DNA from: Tubulanus polymorphus
Taxonomy: Eukaryota > Animalia > Nemertea
Direction: 5' to 3'
Assembly (NCBI RefSeq): GCF_964204645.1
Contig: NC_134031.1
Location: forward strand, 8,432,001-8,496,000
DNA length: 64,000 nt
The position numbers were made by a program, and so were the translations under genes. Positions 22,014 to 34,290 of this stretch are shown here, piece after piece. Each line of letters begins with the position of its first letter. Positions within the stretch are counted from its first letter, which is position 1. A model generated the notes under the pieces. That model was not told the DNA's origin. It searched no databases and was given only the letters and a program-made list of their open reading frames with translations.

Positions 22014-25000
22014 ATGGAAGCAAATAAGTACTACTGCCCAACATGTAATATCAATATAGATAAATCCCAAAAAGCAAGACACAATAAAACTAAAACACAT
22101 TTAGAGAATAAATTGAAACTAGAATATAAAGATGATATATTAGAAACTAAATTAGATGAATTAAAGAATGAAAAAAAAATATATAAATGTGATACATGTA
22201 ATCAATCATTCAGTGATAAAAGATATTATAATGAACATTTAAAATCTAAAAGTCATATTAGAAATAAGAATAATGATATTTTAGGTGAAGATTATTTTGA
22301 TAAAGATAATGATAAGAAACAGAAGACAATTAAAAGCATAAAAAATAAATTAAACAATAAAAGACCATACATGGAAGATGTAAGAAATTATATTAATTCA
22401 TTAGATAATAAAAAAGATATAGAGATAACCGAAGCATTTAAAAGTGATATTGGCCCAGCAGCTATCGAGTTTAAATTTCATAAAGGAAAAACATTAGAAG
22501 AAAATAAAAAACATTTAGAAAATATGAAAGAAATAATAAAAATAATTACTGATGTTGAATATCCTAAAATAAGTATATCAGTTAAAGTAAAGTTTATAAA
22601 ATCTGAAGATAAACCAATATATAATATAAATTCTCATTCACAACATATTATATATAAACAACATATAGATGATAAATTAGATAAATGTTATAATGAAGTA
22701 AAAACTAAAATAGAAGAGAAATATTTTGAAGGATCTGGTTTAATATTTGATGAAATAATATTTATGACTTTACATGTTTATAACACAAAATATAATAAGT
22801 TAACTAAATCAAAACCAATTGATGAAAATAATGTATCATATTATAAAGAACCGGATATTGAAGCATCGAGTTATATTAAACTACCATTTAAAACTAATGC
22901 TGTTATGAATGTACAAAATTTTGATGATAAATGTTTTCTATGGGCTATAATAAGTTGTTTACATCCTGCAACTTATAATATTTGTAGATTAACTCATTAT
23001 AAACCATTTGAAAATAATTATAAGATAGATAAGTATCCTGTTAGAATTAAAAACGTCCCAAAGATAGAAAGAGATAATAATTTAAGAATAAATGTATTTG
23101 ATTTAATCAAATTACCAAATACAAAAGGTAACAACATAAAACATTATACATAAGAACCTTTATATCTATCAAAAGATTATGATTCGAATGATGTTATAGA
23201 TATATTATATTATGAAAACCATTATATGTGGATTAAACAAATTGATTTATTCTTTAGAACAGAAAAAGATCACCATAATAAAATATATCTATGTAGAAAA
23301 TGTTTACATAGATTCAGTAATGAAAGTAGATTATTAAATCATAAACAATTATGTGAAAATCATGATTATTGTAAATTAGTTTTACCAAATGAAAAGGATA
23401 AAATATTAGAATTCAAAAAATATGATTACAAAAATAAAGTTCCATTTGTAATATATGGAGATTTTGAATCATTAAATAAAGAATTAACTGATCAAGATAG
23501 AAAAGAAATTTATTATAAAAGAAAGAAATTAAATTCTAATGAAAATGATTTTTCAGATGAACCACCAAAAACAAATACTATTAAAAAGATTCATCAATCA
23601 GCTGCAGCTTTCGGGTTATATATTAAATCTGATTATCCAGAACTAATTGAAAGTGAATATTATAATTACAGAAATGAAAATGTTATCAATCATTTTTGTG
23701 ACTTATTAATTGAATATGAAATAAGATTTAGTAAATTATTGAATACAAATATAGAAATTATAATGACAGAAGAAGATAAAGAAGAATTTGCGTTTGCAGA
23801 TAAATGTTATTATTGTGAAAAGATATTTAATTATAAAGATAAAAAAGTAAGAGACCATGATCATTTGAACGGAAAGTTTAGAGGCGCTGCACATGAGAAT
23901 TGTAACTTACAAGCTAAGAAAATTAATTTTGTTCCAGTTATATTTCATAATCTATCAGGATATGATGCACATTTATTCATCAAACAGTTATGTCATAAAA
24001 TAGAAGAAATCAATAATGAAATAGAAATATTAAATTCAAATAGATCAAAAGATAAAATACCAACTTATAAATTTAGAATGTTAGCTAAAACATGTGAGAA
24101 TTATATATCATTCCAATTTGGTTGCCTAAGATTTATAGATTCATATAGATTTTTAAATAGTTTATTAGATAACTTATCAAAATCATTAGTTGATGATGAA
24201 TTAAAAATATTAAAACAACACTACCCAAATAATGATGATTTTAAATTAATGAGATATAAAGGAGCAATTCCATATTCTTTCTATAAAAATCATAATGATT
24301 TCAATATAACTGAATTATTGAAAGAACAATTCTATGATGAATTAAAAAATGAATATGTTAAAGATGAAGTCTATAATAGAACATTGAATATTTGGAATCA
24401 TTTCAAAATAGAAAATCATGGGCAATTAGTAGATTTATATTTAAAATCAGATGTATTATTATTAACCGATATATTCGAAAGGTTTAGAGATGTAAACCTA
24501 AAATATTTCAATATTGATCCTTGTCATTGTTATTCTAGTCCAGGATTAACATGGGATTGTGGATTAAAATTTACAGATATAAAAATGGATTTGTTAACAA
24601 ATATAGATCAATTACTATTATTTGAAAAATCTATAAGAGGAGGAGTTTCAGGTGTATTAGGTGATAGATATTTCAATGTAAATGATAACCCTGGATATAA
24701 GTTATTATATATAGATGCAAATAATCTATATGGTTGGGCAATGATGGAACCACAACCTTATGGAGTATTTGGAATAAGTGAAGTTTTACAGAATGAAAAT
24801 AATGATAAATTTGATTGGAAGAAAAGAATTCTAGATATTGCAGATGATTCAGATACTGGTTACTTCTTTGTTGTAGATTTAGAATATCCTGAACATATTA
24901 AATTAAAATCTAGAAATCTAGCTTACTGTCCCGAACATAAAACTGTAACTCATGAAGAATTATCAAATTATCAAAAAAGAATTAAACCCGAAAATCATAT

Positions 25001-26045
25001 TCATACAGAAAAGTTAATGGTAACTCAAGAAGATAAATATAATTATGTAGTACATTATAGAATGTTAAAGTTTTATCTAAAACAAGGAATGATTCTAAAA
25101 AAAGTACATAGATATATTTCATTCAGTCAATCTAAGTGGTTAGAAAAATATATAGATTTTAACACCAAACAGAGAACTAAAGCTAAAACTGATTTCGAGA
25201 AAGATTTCTTCAAGTTAATGAATAATGCATTCTATGGTAAGACTTGTGAAAATATTAGAAATAGAAATGATATTGAGTTAGTTAGTAATGGTAAAAGAAT
25301 TAGACATTTACAAACATATCCTAAGTTCATTGGTAACAGAATATTTGATGAAAATTTAGCCGCAGTTAAGATGAGAACATCATTGAAATTTAATAAACCA
25401 ATCTATGTTGGCGCTTCAGTTTTAGAAATATCAAAATTACTAATGTATGAATTCTATTATAATGTATTACAACCACTTTTTGGAGAAAAACATATAGAAA
25501 TACTATATTTTGATACAGATTCTTACATATTAAAGATAAAAACTGATAACATAACTGATGATTTAAAAACATTAAAACATCATTTTGATTTTAGTAATTA
25601 TCCTAAAGATCATGAATTGTTTAGCAATGATAATAAAAAAGTTCCAGGGAAGTTTAAGGATGAATTAGGTGGTGAAGAAATGATAGAGTTCATAGGTATT
25701 AGATCTAAAATGTATTCATATAAAACTAAAGAACATGAAGCTAAAAAGTTAAAAGGAATAACCAAAAGTGTAGTAGAAAAGAATATTCATTTCAAAGATT
25801 ACATCAATTGTATATTCAATGAAGAAGTTAGAAAACATAAGATGAGATGTTTAAGATCTGAAGATCATGAAATGTTTATTGAAGAAATTGAAAAGATAAG
25901 TCTAAACCCATTTGATGATAAAAGATATATTTTAGATGATGGAATTCATACAGTTGCTTATGGTTGTAATTTCGATGAATACTTAAAATTTAAAAGAGAA
26001 GAAATAAAAGAGAACGAGATAATGAAAAGAATTCTAACGTGTTAA
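22014..26045 (+). pseudogene. Protein-primed family B DNA polymerase with one in-frame stop at 23151-23153
   Basis: Two N-terminal C2H2 fingers; DDKCFLWA...HYMWI (vOTU-like); YGDFES exonuclease; VRDHDHLNGKFRGAAHENCN (EndoVII-like insert); YIDANNLYGWAM, KLMNNAFYGK and YFDTDS. Confidence 0.95.
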
Positions 26046-26074
26046 TCAAATTTTAATAAAAATATGTTATTAAA

Positions 26075-26428
26075 ATGGAGAGTAAACAAACACACAGTGA
26101 GAACAACAAATTATTTCTAGATAGAATAAAAGATATCACAAATGTAAAATCTGTAGATTATAAATTCAAAAAGTTAACAGAATTAACAATCCATAAGAAA
26201 TATCTAATTACAAATATTGATACAGTTACTAATAACTATGGAGATAAATTAGTTATACACTTAGAATATGAAGGATTAAAAGGAAATACATATAAATTCA
26301 GAACATATTTACCAGATAGATTTCATAGATTATCAAGTGAAGATCTAGAAGAATTATGTTCTGGAGATTTCTATTTCGTATACAAAGGTAAGAATGAAAA
26401 AGGGCACCATGAAATAGATTTCGAATAA
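26075..26428 (+). CDS. Small Polinton protein downstream of pPolB, function unknown (possibly nucleic-acid binding)
   Basis: 117 aa intact; FKKLTEL...TNNYG...YLPDRF pattern; own start motif. Confidence 0.65.
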   Translation: MESKQTHSENNKLFLDRIKDITNVKSVDYKFKKLTELTIHKKYLITNIDTVTNNYGDKLVIHLEYEGLKGNTYKFRTYLPDRFHRLSSEDLEELCSGDFYFVYKGKNEKGHHEIDFE

Positions 26429-26445
26429 GAAAATATGTAAAATAA

Positions 26446-27203
26446 ATGGTAGAATTAAAAGAATACAGAATATTTGTTGATTCTAGAAGACTTACAGATT
26501 ATAAATCACATAATTTACTAGTACAATTAGATAGAGAATTTAAGAATTGTGTAGATTTAAAATTAGTTAATATAAGTTTATGTAATTCTTTTTATAATAT
26601 GTCGAATAAAACTATTGAACATAGAGCCTTTTTAATTTTTAATAAAAATAAAAATGGATGGGCCTATATATATTTAAAACCGGGGTTATATAATTTAGAT
26701 ACATTAGCACAAGAAATTAATAGAAAAGCCTGGCACAAGTCAGGTAATAATTCCGGGTTTAATATTAGATTTTTAAAAAGTGAGAGTACTGACAAAATAA
26801 AGATAAGGTTGTCTAATAGTGAAATACATGCATTTATGGTAAAAAACCTATAGCTAAACTGTTAGGAATTCCTCCAGATAAATCTTTTACAAATATTGAT
26901 GCTACACCAAACTTAATACCTTTTACACACATTTATATCTATTGCAATTTAATCGATCCTACAAAAACATTCGAAGCAACTAAAGATATAACTTGTAATT
27001 CTGGTTTACTAAACATTTTACCATTGAAGAATGTTAAAGAATTTGGAACGCAAATAAATTATAATTTAACAGAATGTGATTTCAAACCATGCATTCCTCG
27101 TTTTAATAATTTTAGATTAGAAATTAGAAATCACAATGGATACTTAATTGATTTAAATAATTTCCCTGTAATTTATGAATTAGTTATAAGATGTAGAGAG
27201 TAA
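26446..27203 (+). pseudogene. Minor capsid (penton) protein, frameshift near 26850
   Basis: L..ISLCNSFYN, LKPGLYNL, LAKLLGI, IYIYCNLI, LEIRNHNG.LIDLNNFPV.YEL. Confidence 0.8.
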
Positions 27204-27220
27204 TTTTTTTCACTATATAA

Positions 27221-27562
27221 ATGAATATAACTGTTGGACCGAGTATATGTTTTGGTTTTGATTTTAAACATGGTAAAGAAATGAGAATTAAACTAAATGA
27301 TGTAATTACTGATATAAAAAGTAAATCATTTAACAATGCATCAATGATTAATAAAGAAAAATATAATATAGAAAAAGTAATTGATTTAATTAAATCACCT
27401 TTAGAATATTATGAATTAAATGAAGATGGAATTATTGATGATATTAAAAACATATTAACCAAAATATATGATAATCATAAAAGTAGTAATGAAATAAATG
27501 TTGAATTAATCATAAATAAGTTAACTAAATATTTTGATGATAGTAATTTTTTTGATAAATAA
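27221..27562 (+). CDS. Polinton hypothetical protein (113 aa)
   Basis: Intact ORF with TAAATG start. Confidence 0.6.
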   Translation: MNITVGPSICFGFDFKHGKEMRIKLNDVITDIKSKSFNNASMINKEKYNIEKVIDLIKSPLEYYELNEDGIIDDIKNILTKIYDNHKSSNEINVELIINKLTKYFDDSNFFDK

Positions 27563-27784
27563 ATGAGTGATAATAAATGGAAAACAACTGGATTATATAA
27601 TGGAGCATTACTATCAGTTGGAACTGTTGGTTATTCAATGGTATTAAAAAAAGTATTTAAAATGGGAAGTGTTAATGTTGATAGATTTGATATAAATGAT
27701 ATTTTAAAATTAACATTAGCAGTTACTTTATCTAATTTAACTATTGATTATTTAGAAAAACAAAAATATATTCCTCCCATATAA
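27563..27784 (+). CDS. Small predicted membrane protein (73 aa)
   Basis: Two hydrophobic segments (GALLSVGTVGYSMVL and ILKLTLAVTLSNLTI). Confidence 0.65.
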   Translation: MSDNKWKTTGLYNGALLSVGTVGYSMVLKKVFKMGSVNVDRFDINDILKLTLAVTLSNLTIDYLEKQKYIPPI

Positions 27785-27808
27785 ATGCATAATTATTTTA
27801 CTAAATAA

Positions 27809-28231
27809 ATGGCTTCTGCAGTTATAACTATTATAGGATCAGCAATTGTTAACGCTTTAGCATTTACTGGTGGTGGTTATTTATTTAAACATATTGATAA
27901 AAATGGTTCATTAACAGAACAAAAAAGACATAACTTAGCGTTAGAAAAATATAATAAAGCAGCAGAAGAATATAGAGAAAAGAGGCAAAACTATATGGAT
28001 TACATCAATAAAGAATTATATGATCAGAAGATTTCACATAGAGATTTTCAATCAGTTGATGATGCAATGAGTTTATATAACGCGGTAACCAATAAAGAAA
28101 AATTACATCTACATAAACCTACAATATCAAATTATTATACCCCAAGTAAAGAACAGAAGAAATATGAAATAATATGGATTTTAGGCGGAACAGTTATTGT
28201 TATATTTGTAGTATATAAATTTACTAATTAG
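27809..28231 (+). CDS. Predicted membrane protein (140 aa)
   Basis: Hydrophobic Gly-rich N-terminus MASAVITIIGSAIVNALAFTGGGYLF, coiled coil, C-terminal TM IIWILGGTVIVIFVVY. Confidence 0.7.
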   Translation: MASAVITIIGSAIVNALAFTGGGYLFKHIDKNGSLTEQKRHNLALEKYNKAAEEYREKRQNYMDYINKELYDQKISHRDFQSVDDAMSLYNAVTNKEKLHLHKPTISNYYTPSKEQKKYEIIWILGGTVIVIFVVYKFTN

Positions 28232-28250
28232 TAATTTTTTTGCTAAATAA

Positions 28251-28662
28251 ATGGAAGATAAAGTTGATAATATTGACATTATTCCTCATGATATAAATAA
28301 AACTAAATTAAAAACATATTTAGAAAAACAAATATTAGAATTTGAAAGAATATTTAAAATCTAAAATTATATATTATTTGATTATAAGTGGTTCGATTAC
28401 AATTAGTTCCGTAATAACATTTCTAGCAATATTCAGTCCATTAACACCTTTAGCTATATCAATTGGTGTATTAGGATTAAGTTCAAGTGTTTTAACTGGT
28501 ATAAGTTCAAAATTAAATATAAAAAGTAATAAAGAAAAAATTAAAACTAATATAAAAGAAATTAATAAATTAAAGAATACACTAGATTATATCATAAGTT
28601 TAAATGGCCATATAACAGTTGAAGAACAAGATAAATTATTAAAAGAATTAATAAATTATTAA
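28251..28662 (+). pseudogene. Predicted two-TM membrane protein with coiled coil, frameshifted near 28345
   Basis: TAAATG start at 28251; hydrophobic IIYYLIISGSITISSVITFLAIF and LAISIGVLGL. Confidence 0.65.
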
Positions 28663-28678
28663 TTTTTTAGTTATATAA

Positions 28679-30004
28679 ATGGTAGATAGTTTTCCAAAAG
28701 CTTTCCAATATAATAAATCAATTAAATATAATATTCCAGCAATAGATTTTAATAAAGATATTACATATAGAAATGAAGTTTTAAATTCATTAATTGATTT
28801 ATATATTTATGTTACTGAAAGTAATCATTTTCATGTAAAGATGGAAAATATATTTCATGTGTATACAATTAATTTCAAAAATTTAAATGAGGCAAAACAA
28901 TGGTTATTAAAATCTAATATGAAGTATTGGCAGAACCAATTAAATTTTGCTGTTTATTGCGCAACAACAGGATGTGGAATTAGTTGGAATGATCATTTAA
29001 ACAAACCAAGTTTACCATTGATGTTATCACTTTTTAGATTTCATACTTATTTTCAAATAAAATTAATATTAGATGAATTAGAATGTCCTTTACCAGGTTC
29101 AAAATATTTTAAAGAATTGAATAATAATATTTATTTTTCTAAGTTTTATAAAATATGTAATGAATTTAATATTAATTCAAATAAAGATTTTAGAGCAAAA
29201 ATTGGAACAATGGGTGGATTAGGAATATTATATACTAAAGAATTTGGAAAAATAATGACAAATTCAGATATAAGAACACTAAATTGGAATGAATTACCAA
29301 AATATTATAATAATATACAACAACAAAACAATATTGGTTGGGTTAATTTCATTTTAGAAAATAGTGAAGGTTTTACTAAAGCTGGAATACAAAGAATAAA
29401 TCAATCTATTAGAACTTATTTGATATGTATTCTAGGTGCGCAAGTTGAAACAAGATCGCCAATAATTGGAAATGATAACACTTCATTCGATGCGCAGAAA
29501 CAATTCAAAGTATTTTTTGAAGATTCAATTCATAATGATAAAAATAGATCGATTCCGGAAAACATTGTAAGATATCAAAATTATTTAGATAAATCACATA
29601 TTAGATTAAATTATTGTATAGGCCCTAATCTATTTATTATTTCTAATGATTTAGTATTAAAGATGGGAAACATAATTGGTTATAATAATCTAATTAAAAC
29701 TGCAACAATAAATAATTCATTTGGATTAAATGATATAAATAAAAAGATTATTACTGCTCCAAAATTAATGGAAGGTGAAAAAAATAAAAAACACATTCAA
29801 TCAACTGAAACTAAAACTAATAATATTAAATTAAATAATGATTCTAAAATAAAATATTACAATACATCAGAAAATATTAGAACTGATAATATTCAACATG
29901 ATATAATTAAAACTGATCATGATAATAAATCCCATGAAAATACTAAATTAGCTTTAACTTGTATAGGAATTGTAATCGGAGGAATATTATATTTTAAATT
30001 TTAA
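28679..30004 (+). CDS. 441-aa Polinton protein with C-terminal membrane anchor
   Basis: Intact ORF; YWQNQLNFAVYCATTGCGIS motif; terminal LALTCIGIVIGGILYF. Confidence 0.75.
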   Translation: MVDSFPKAFQYNKSIKYNIPAIDFNKDITYRNEVLNSLIDLYIYVTESNHFHVKMENIFHVYTINFKNLNEAKQWLLKSNMKYWQNQLNFAVYCATTGCGISWNDHLNKPSLPLMLSLFRFHTYFQIKLILDELECPLPGSKYFKELNNNIYFSKFYKICNEFNINSNKDFRAKIGTMGGLGILYTKEFGKIMTNSDIRTLNWNELPKYYNNIQQQNNIGWVNFILENSEGFTKAGIQRINQSIRTYLICILGAQVETRSPIIGNDNTSFDAQKQFKVFFEDSIHNDKNRSIPENIVRYQNYLDKSHIRLNYCIGPNLFIISNDLVLKMGNIIGYNNLIKTATINNSFGLNDINKKIITAPKLMEGEKNKKHIQSTETKTNNIKLNNDSKIKYYNTSENIRTDNIQHDIIKTDHDNKSHENTKLALTCIGIVIGGILYFKF

Positions 30005-30020
30005 TTTTTTTATTATATAA

Positions 30021-31679
30021 ATGGAAGAAGATATTCCAATGGATCCTTTAGATGAACCTGGTATAAGTGATGAACAACAACCTGATTTTAGTGAAACAAG
30101 TTTTAATGATGATAATAAAATAGAATATAATACTAATTTAGATGAAGATGATGATTATGATGATGATGATTCCGAATTACGTGAAAAAATTATATAAATA
30201 TTTTAAAGTTCCTGAAAGTGGTAGAATTTCAACTAGAACAGAAAGAAAAGAATTTATGAAACTATTAGTAGAACAACAAGAAAAATATCCTGATAAACCT
30301 ATGGAATTATATAAAATGAAATCTAGAGTAACAGATACAATTGTTAACGAATTATTACCAAAAGTTGTAATACGTGAAATTGATACAGAAGATGTTGTAG
30401 AACAAATTTTTAAAGATGACCCATATTTCACGAATAATTTAGAATTTAAAAATGATTCATGGTATTATAATCTTGAATTAAATAGGAATACTGTATCAAT
30501 TCAATTATCTAGGATGGGTCAAGAAAATATTTTTGAACCTGGAATGCGAGCATTATCTACAATTGAAGGTTCAAAAGGTGGTAGAGAATTTCTCAGAATT
30601 ATATGGAATGCACTTGATAGAATAAATGAAGAAGAACCAATTCATAATATTGATATAAACAAATATTCACCATTTAAAATTCCAAATCCAAATCCTACTG
30701 ATGAAGATTTTGTAAATCGATTAGATAAATTAAGATCTTCAACACCCGAAACATCGAGAAGAGATATTCAACAAATTGATAATGATTCAAGTCAACTACA
30801 ATTAACATTAGAAAAACAAATTGATAGATTAAGTGATTCAGAAGAAGAGATGAATAGTACTGGAATAAATCGAATACAATCTATACTAAAAAAGGATTTC
30901 TTAAATTAGCTGATGAAGAATTAGAAGCATTTCCTGAACAAACACGTAGAGAAATTAAAGGTATTCAAGAATCAGCTGATGTAAATGCTAATATTAATAT
31001 GAGATTTTCTAAAATAGCCATGTTAGAAAAAGAATTAGCTATTGCAAATGAAAAATTAGAACAATTAGAATTAAATAGAGATCTTAATGTAATTTATGAA
31101 CCTGATTATGAAAGCAGAAAGTTAGCTTAAGTAAAAGAAATAGATGATTTGAAATATAACAAAGAATTACAGGAAAAAGAAAGAGATATATTATTAAAAT
31201 CATATGATCTTAATCATATTAAAAGATTAAAAGATGTTTTTAAAGATTTGTTGATAAAACCAAATTCTGACATATCATTAAAAGATAGAATAAAATTATT
31301 ATTTAAACTAGAAGGAATAACAATTCTTTCAATTCTAACAGCTGTAACTATGGTATTTACAACAATTGGTTTAGCAATATCAAATGCTTTGAAATCTACT
31401 CCTACTCCTACTCCCAATAAACCGGATAAACCCCCGAATGATAATAATTCTATACAAGATAAAGTTAAGGATGGTTTAAAGAAATTAGCAAAATATTTAT
31501 GGGAACTATCTAAAAAATCTGCTGCAGCATTGCCAGGAATTATTGCATCAATTGTTGGTTTTATATTGAAATCTGCAGGAAACATTATTAACTTTGCTGC
31601 TGAACATATTATTTTATTTTTAATTACAGTTGTAAGTGCAATTATTTTTGGGTTAGTTAACATGATAAAAAATAAATAA
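30021..31679 (+). pseudogene. Large acidic/coiled-coil protein with C-terminal TM segments, with frameshifts and stops
   Basis: TAAATG start at 30021; contiguous ORF pieces; GITILSILTAVTMVFTTIGLAI, ALPGIIASIVGFIL and IILFLITVVSAIIFGLV. Confidence 0.7.
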
Positions 31680-31699
31680 TTAATATTTTTGTTAAATAA

Positions 31700-32936
31700 A
31701 TGAGTGGGAGTTATATCAATCCTTCTAAGAATCATAGAATATCTAATGCTATTAAAGCAAATAGATCACATCATATAATTACTCATAACCCTTCTAATAT
31801 TAATCCCGATGAAACTTTATATGTTAGAATCCCTCGATTAACACAAAATACTTTTTATGTTCCAAATAGTATTTATTTATCAGCCGATATAAAAGTAATC
31901 GGTAATAATAATAATTATGCTGTTGATAATGTTGGAAGATATTTGATTAAAAAATTAACTATAAAGATTGGTCCAGAAACAGTTTTCTCATTAGATGATT
32001 ATAATTTATTTATGCATTATGAAGATTTATGATTAACTAAAGAAAATAGAAATAATATGATATTTCAAGGCATCCAATCAGAAAACCAAAATAAATTAAG
32101 ATCTGAAGCCAATAATGCAGTAGTAACTAATGCTGTAGATAATTTGATAAAAAAGATTCATGGAAGCAAATATAAAATTCCATTAGACTTTGAATTGATA
32201 AATAATAATGCACCTTTATATAAATACGCAATTCAAGAAGATGTTATATTCGAAATAACATTTGCTCCTGTAAATGAAATTGTATTATCTAGCGTTGTTA
32301 AAGATATGAGTTATAAATTATCGAATATATGTTTAGAATATGATACAGTAACTGATGAAAATATTTCAAGTATAATTCAAACTCAATACAATCAAGGATT
32401 TTCATTATTATATGATTATATTGATAAATTTAAAACTGTAACTATTAATACAAATGATGAAATTATTAATGAGAATATTAACTTCCCAAGAAGATCTATT
32501 AAAGGTATATTAATATTTTTTACCATTGCAACATATTCTAATGGCGCAATAAATGTTGATAATTATTATAATCCCGAAATAACAAAAGTAGAAATAACTA
32601 TCGAAGGAATAGCAAATAAAATATTTTGTCAAGGAATGAGAATGATTGATCAATGGCCAGAAATTAGAAAACATTTTATGAATGAAAAAGTAAAATCATA
32701 ATATTAATCAAATTGATTATTATACTGGTAATAAATACGCATTATGGTTAGATTTTAGAACAACAGAGGATAATTCATTACATGGTTCTGGGAAAAAATT
32801 ACAAAACACTAAAGATGGAATACAATTATTCATGACAAAGAAAAAAGGAAGCCTAAATTTCAAAATGCATATTTATATTATATCTGACGCGCAATTAAAT
32901 ATTGTAAATTCACAATTAGATAGTGTTATGTATTAA
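31700..32936 (+). pseudogene. Major capsid protein (double jelly-roll, hexon-like), stop at 32030 and frameshift near 32699
   Basis: THNPSNINP..LYVRIP, YKIPLDF, YKLSNICLEYD, RSIKGIL, YYNPEITKVEITIEG and YALWLDFRT..DNSLHGSG; about 410 codons. Confidence 0.8.
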
Positions 32937-32968
32937 AATTTTAACTTTAATAAAAATATATATAATAA

Positions 32969-33901
32969 ATGGAAGGAGGTAAAGTATATAAACATATTCC
33001 ATACATCGATACACATGAAAATAATGATGGTTTATATTATGTAATACCTTGTAATATAGCTTTGATATTTGATCCTATTTTCAAAATTTATAAAACTAAA
33101 CTAATAGAAATCGATAATAATAAAAGTGGTGTTGTTGATAATTTAAGTAATGTAATTGATAATAATGTAATACCTTCTACTTCTAATAATGTAATACCTA
33201 CTACATCTAATAATGTAATACCTTCTACATCTAATAATGTAATACCTACTACATTTAATAATGTAATACCTTCTACATCTAATAATGTAATACCTTCTAC
33301 ATATAATAATGCAATAATATTAAATGTTAGTGAAAATAGAAATTATTGTGATTATTGTAAAGGTGAATTTTCAAACGCTCCATCAAATTGGAATAATCAT
33401 ATGAATACAAATTCACATATTATTAATGTTATAGAACGTGTTGGTTTAAAAGAATTTATAGAACACCCATTTAATTATGTTACAAAGTTTGTTTCAAATA
33501 AAAAAGTAGATGGTAAAGATTTATATAAAGATTTATTAGGTGAATTTTTATCTAAGGAACCTAGTAATGATGAATTAGATTTAACTGCTGCTAAGAAAAT
33601 ACTAGAATCAAGCATTGTAAATACAATATTAAGGTCTAACACTAAGAAAGATGATAATGAAAATGGTGCCATACGGCACCCACATGGTGATATAGTTACA
33701 GGAAAGCGCATTGATAAAGATTCTATGAAACTTAAATCAGAAAATAAAGATATAAATGAGATGACTAATAAGTATATCAATAAACCAATTATTTATGAAG
33801 ATACGGTAGAGCATTTGAATACATTGATGGGGTATGATGATGAATTGGAGAGTGATGATGAAAGTGATTCAGAAAGTAATTATATAACACTCAAAAAGTA
33901 A
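32969..33901 (+). CDS. Polinton hypothetical protein with NNVIPSTS repeats, a C2H2-like finger and acidic tail
   Basis: Intact 310 aa; six 24-bp repeats at 33160-33310; CDYC...H...H. Confidence 0.7.
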   Translation: MEGGKVYKHIPYIDTHENNDGLYYVIPCNIALIFDPIFKIYKTKLIEIDNNKSGVVDNLSNVIDNNVIPSTSNNVIPTTSNNVIPSTSNNVIPTTFNNVIPSTSNNVIPSTYNNAIILNVSENRNYCDYCKGEFSNAPSNWNNHMNTNSHIINVIERVGLKEFIEHPFNYVTKFVSNKKVDGKDLYKDLLGEFLSKEPSNDELDLTAAKKILESSIVNTILRSNTKKDDNENGAIRHPHGDIVTGKRIDKDSMKLKSENKDINEMTNKYINKPIIYEDTVEHLNTLMGYDDELESDDESDSESNYITLKK

Positions 33902-33960
33902 TAAAGGTTGAAAATTGTATAAAATAATAGTAAATAAAAAAGGGGGTTTTAAGTATTAAG

Positions 33961-34267
33961 GTATCTAACACATATCTAATACGTATCTAATACGTATTCA
34001 ATACATATCTAATACGTATTTAATACATATTTAATACATATCTAATACATATTATTTGAAAATACCTTAAATTATATTTCTTTTTTAAATTTATATTATA
34101 AACCTCAGTAATAATAAATAACCTTTATTATTTTCAAACTTATTCATATATTAGTTGAAAAAATAAAAATAAATTGGTTGAAAATTATATGAATAATATT
34201 TATTTTAAAAATGGGGTTTTAAGCATTAATGTATTTAATACGTATCTAATACGTATTTAATACGTAT
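33961..34267. repeat. Two arrays of 11-bp palindromic repeats (GTATTTAATAC-type) at the convergent gene junction
   Basis: About 8 units at 33961-34050 and about 3 units at 34231-34263. Confidence 0.75.
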
Positions 34268-34290
34268 TAGATAGATAGATATATAAATAG

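Noticed and set aside
23151-23153. Programmed read-through or alternative genetic code in Polinton genes
   Set aside because: Stops co-occur with scattered frameshifts in many genes, as expected from neutral decay or assembly error
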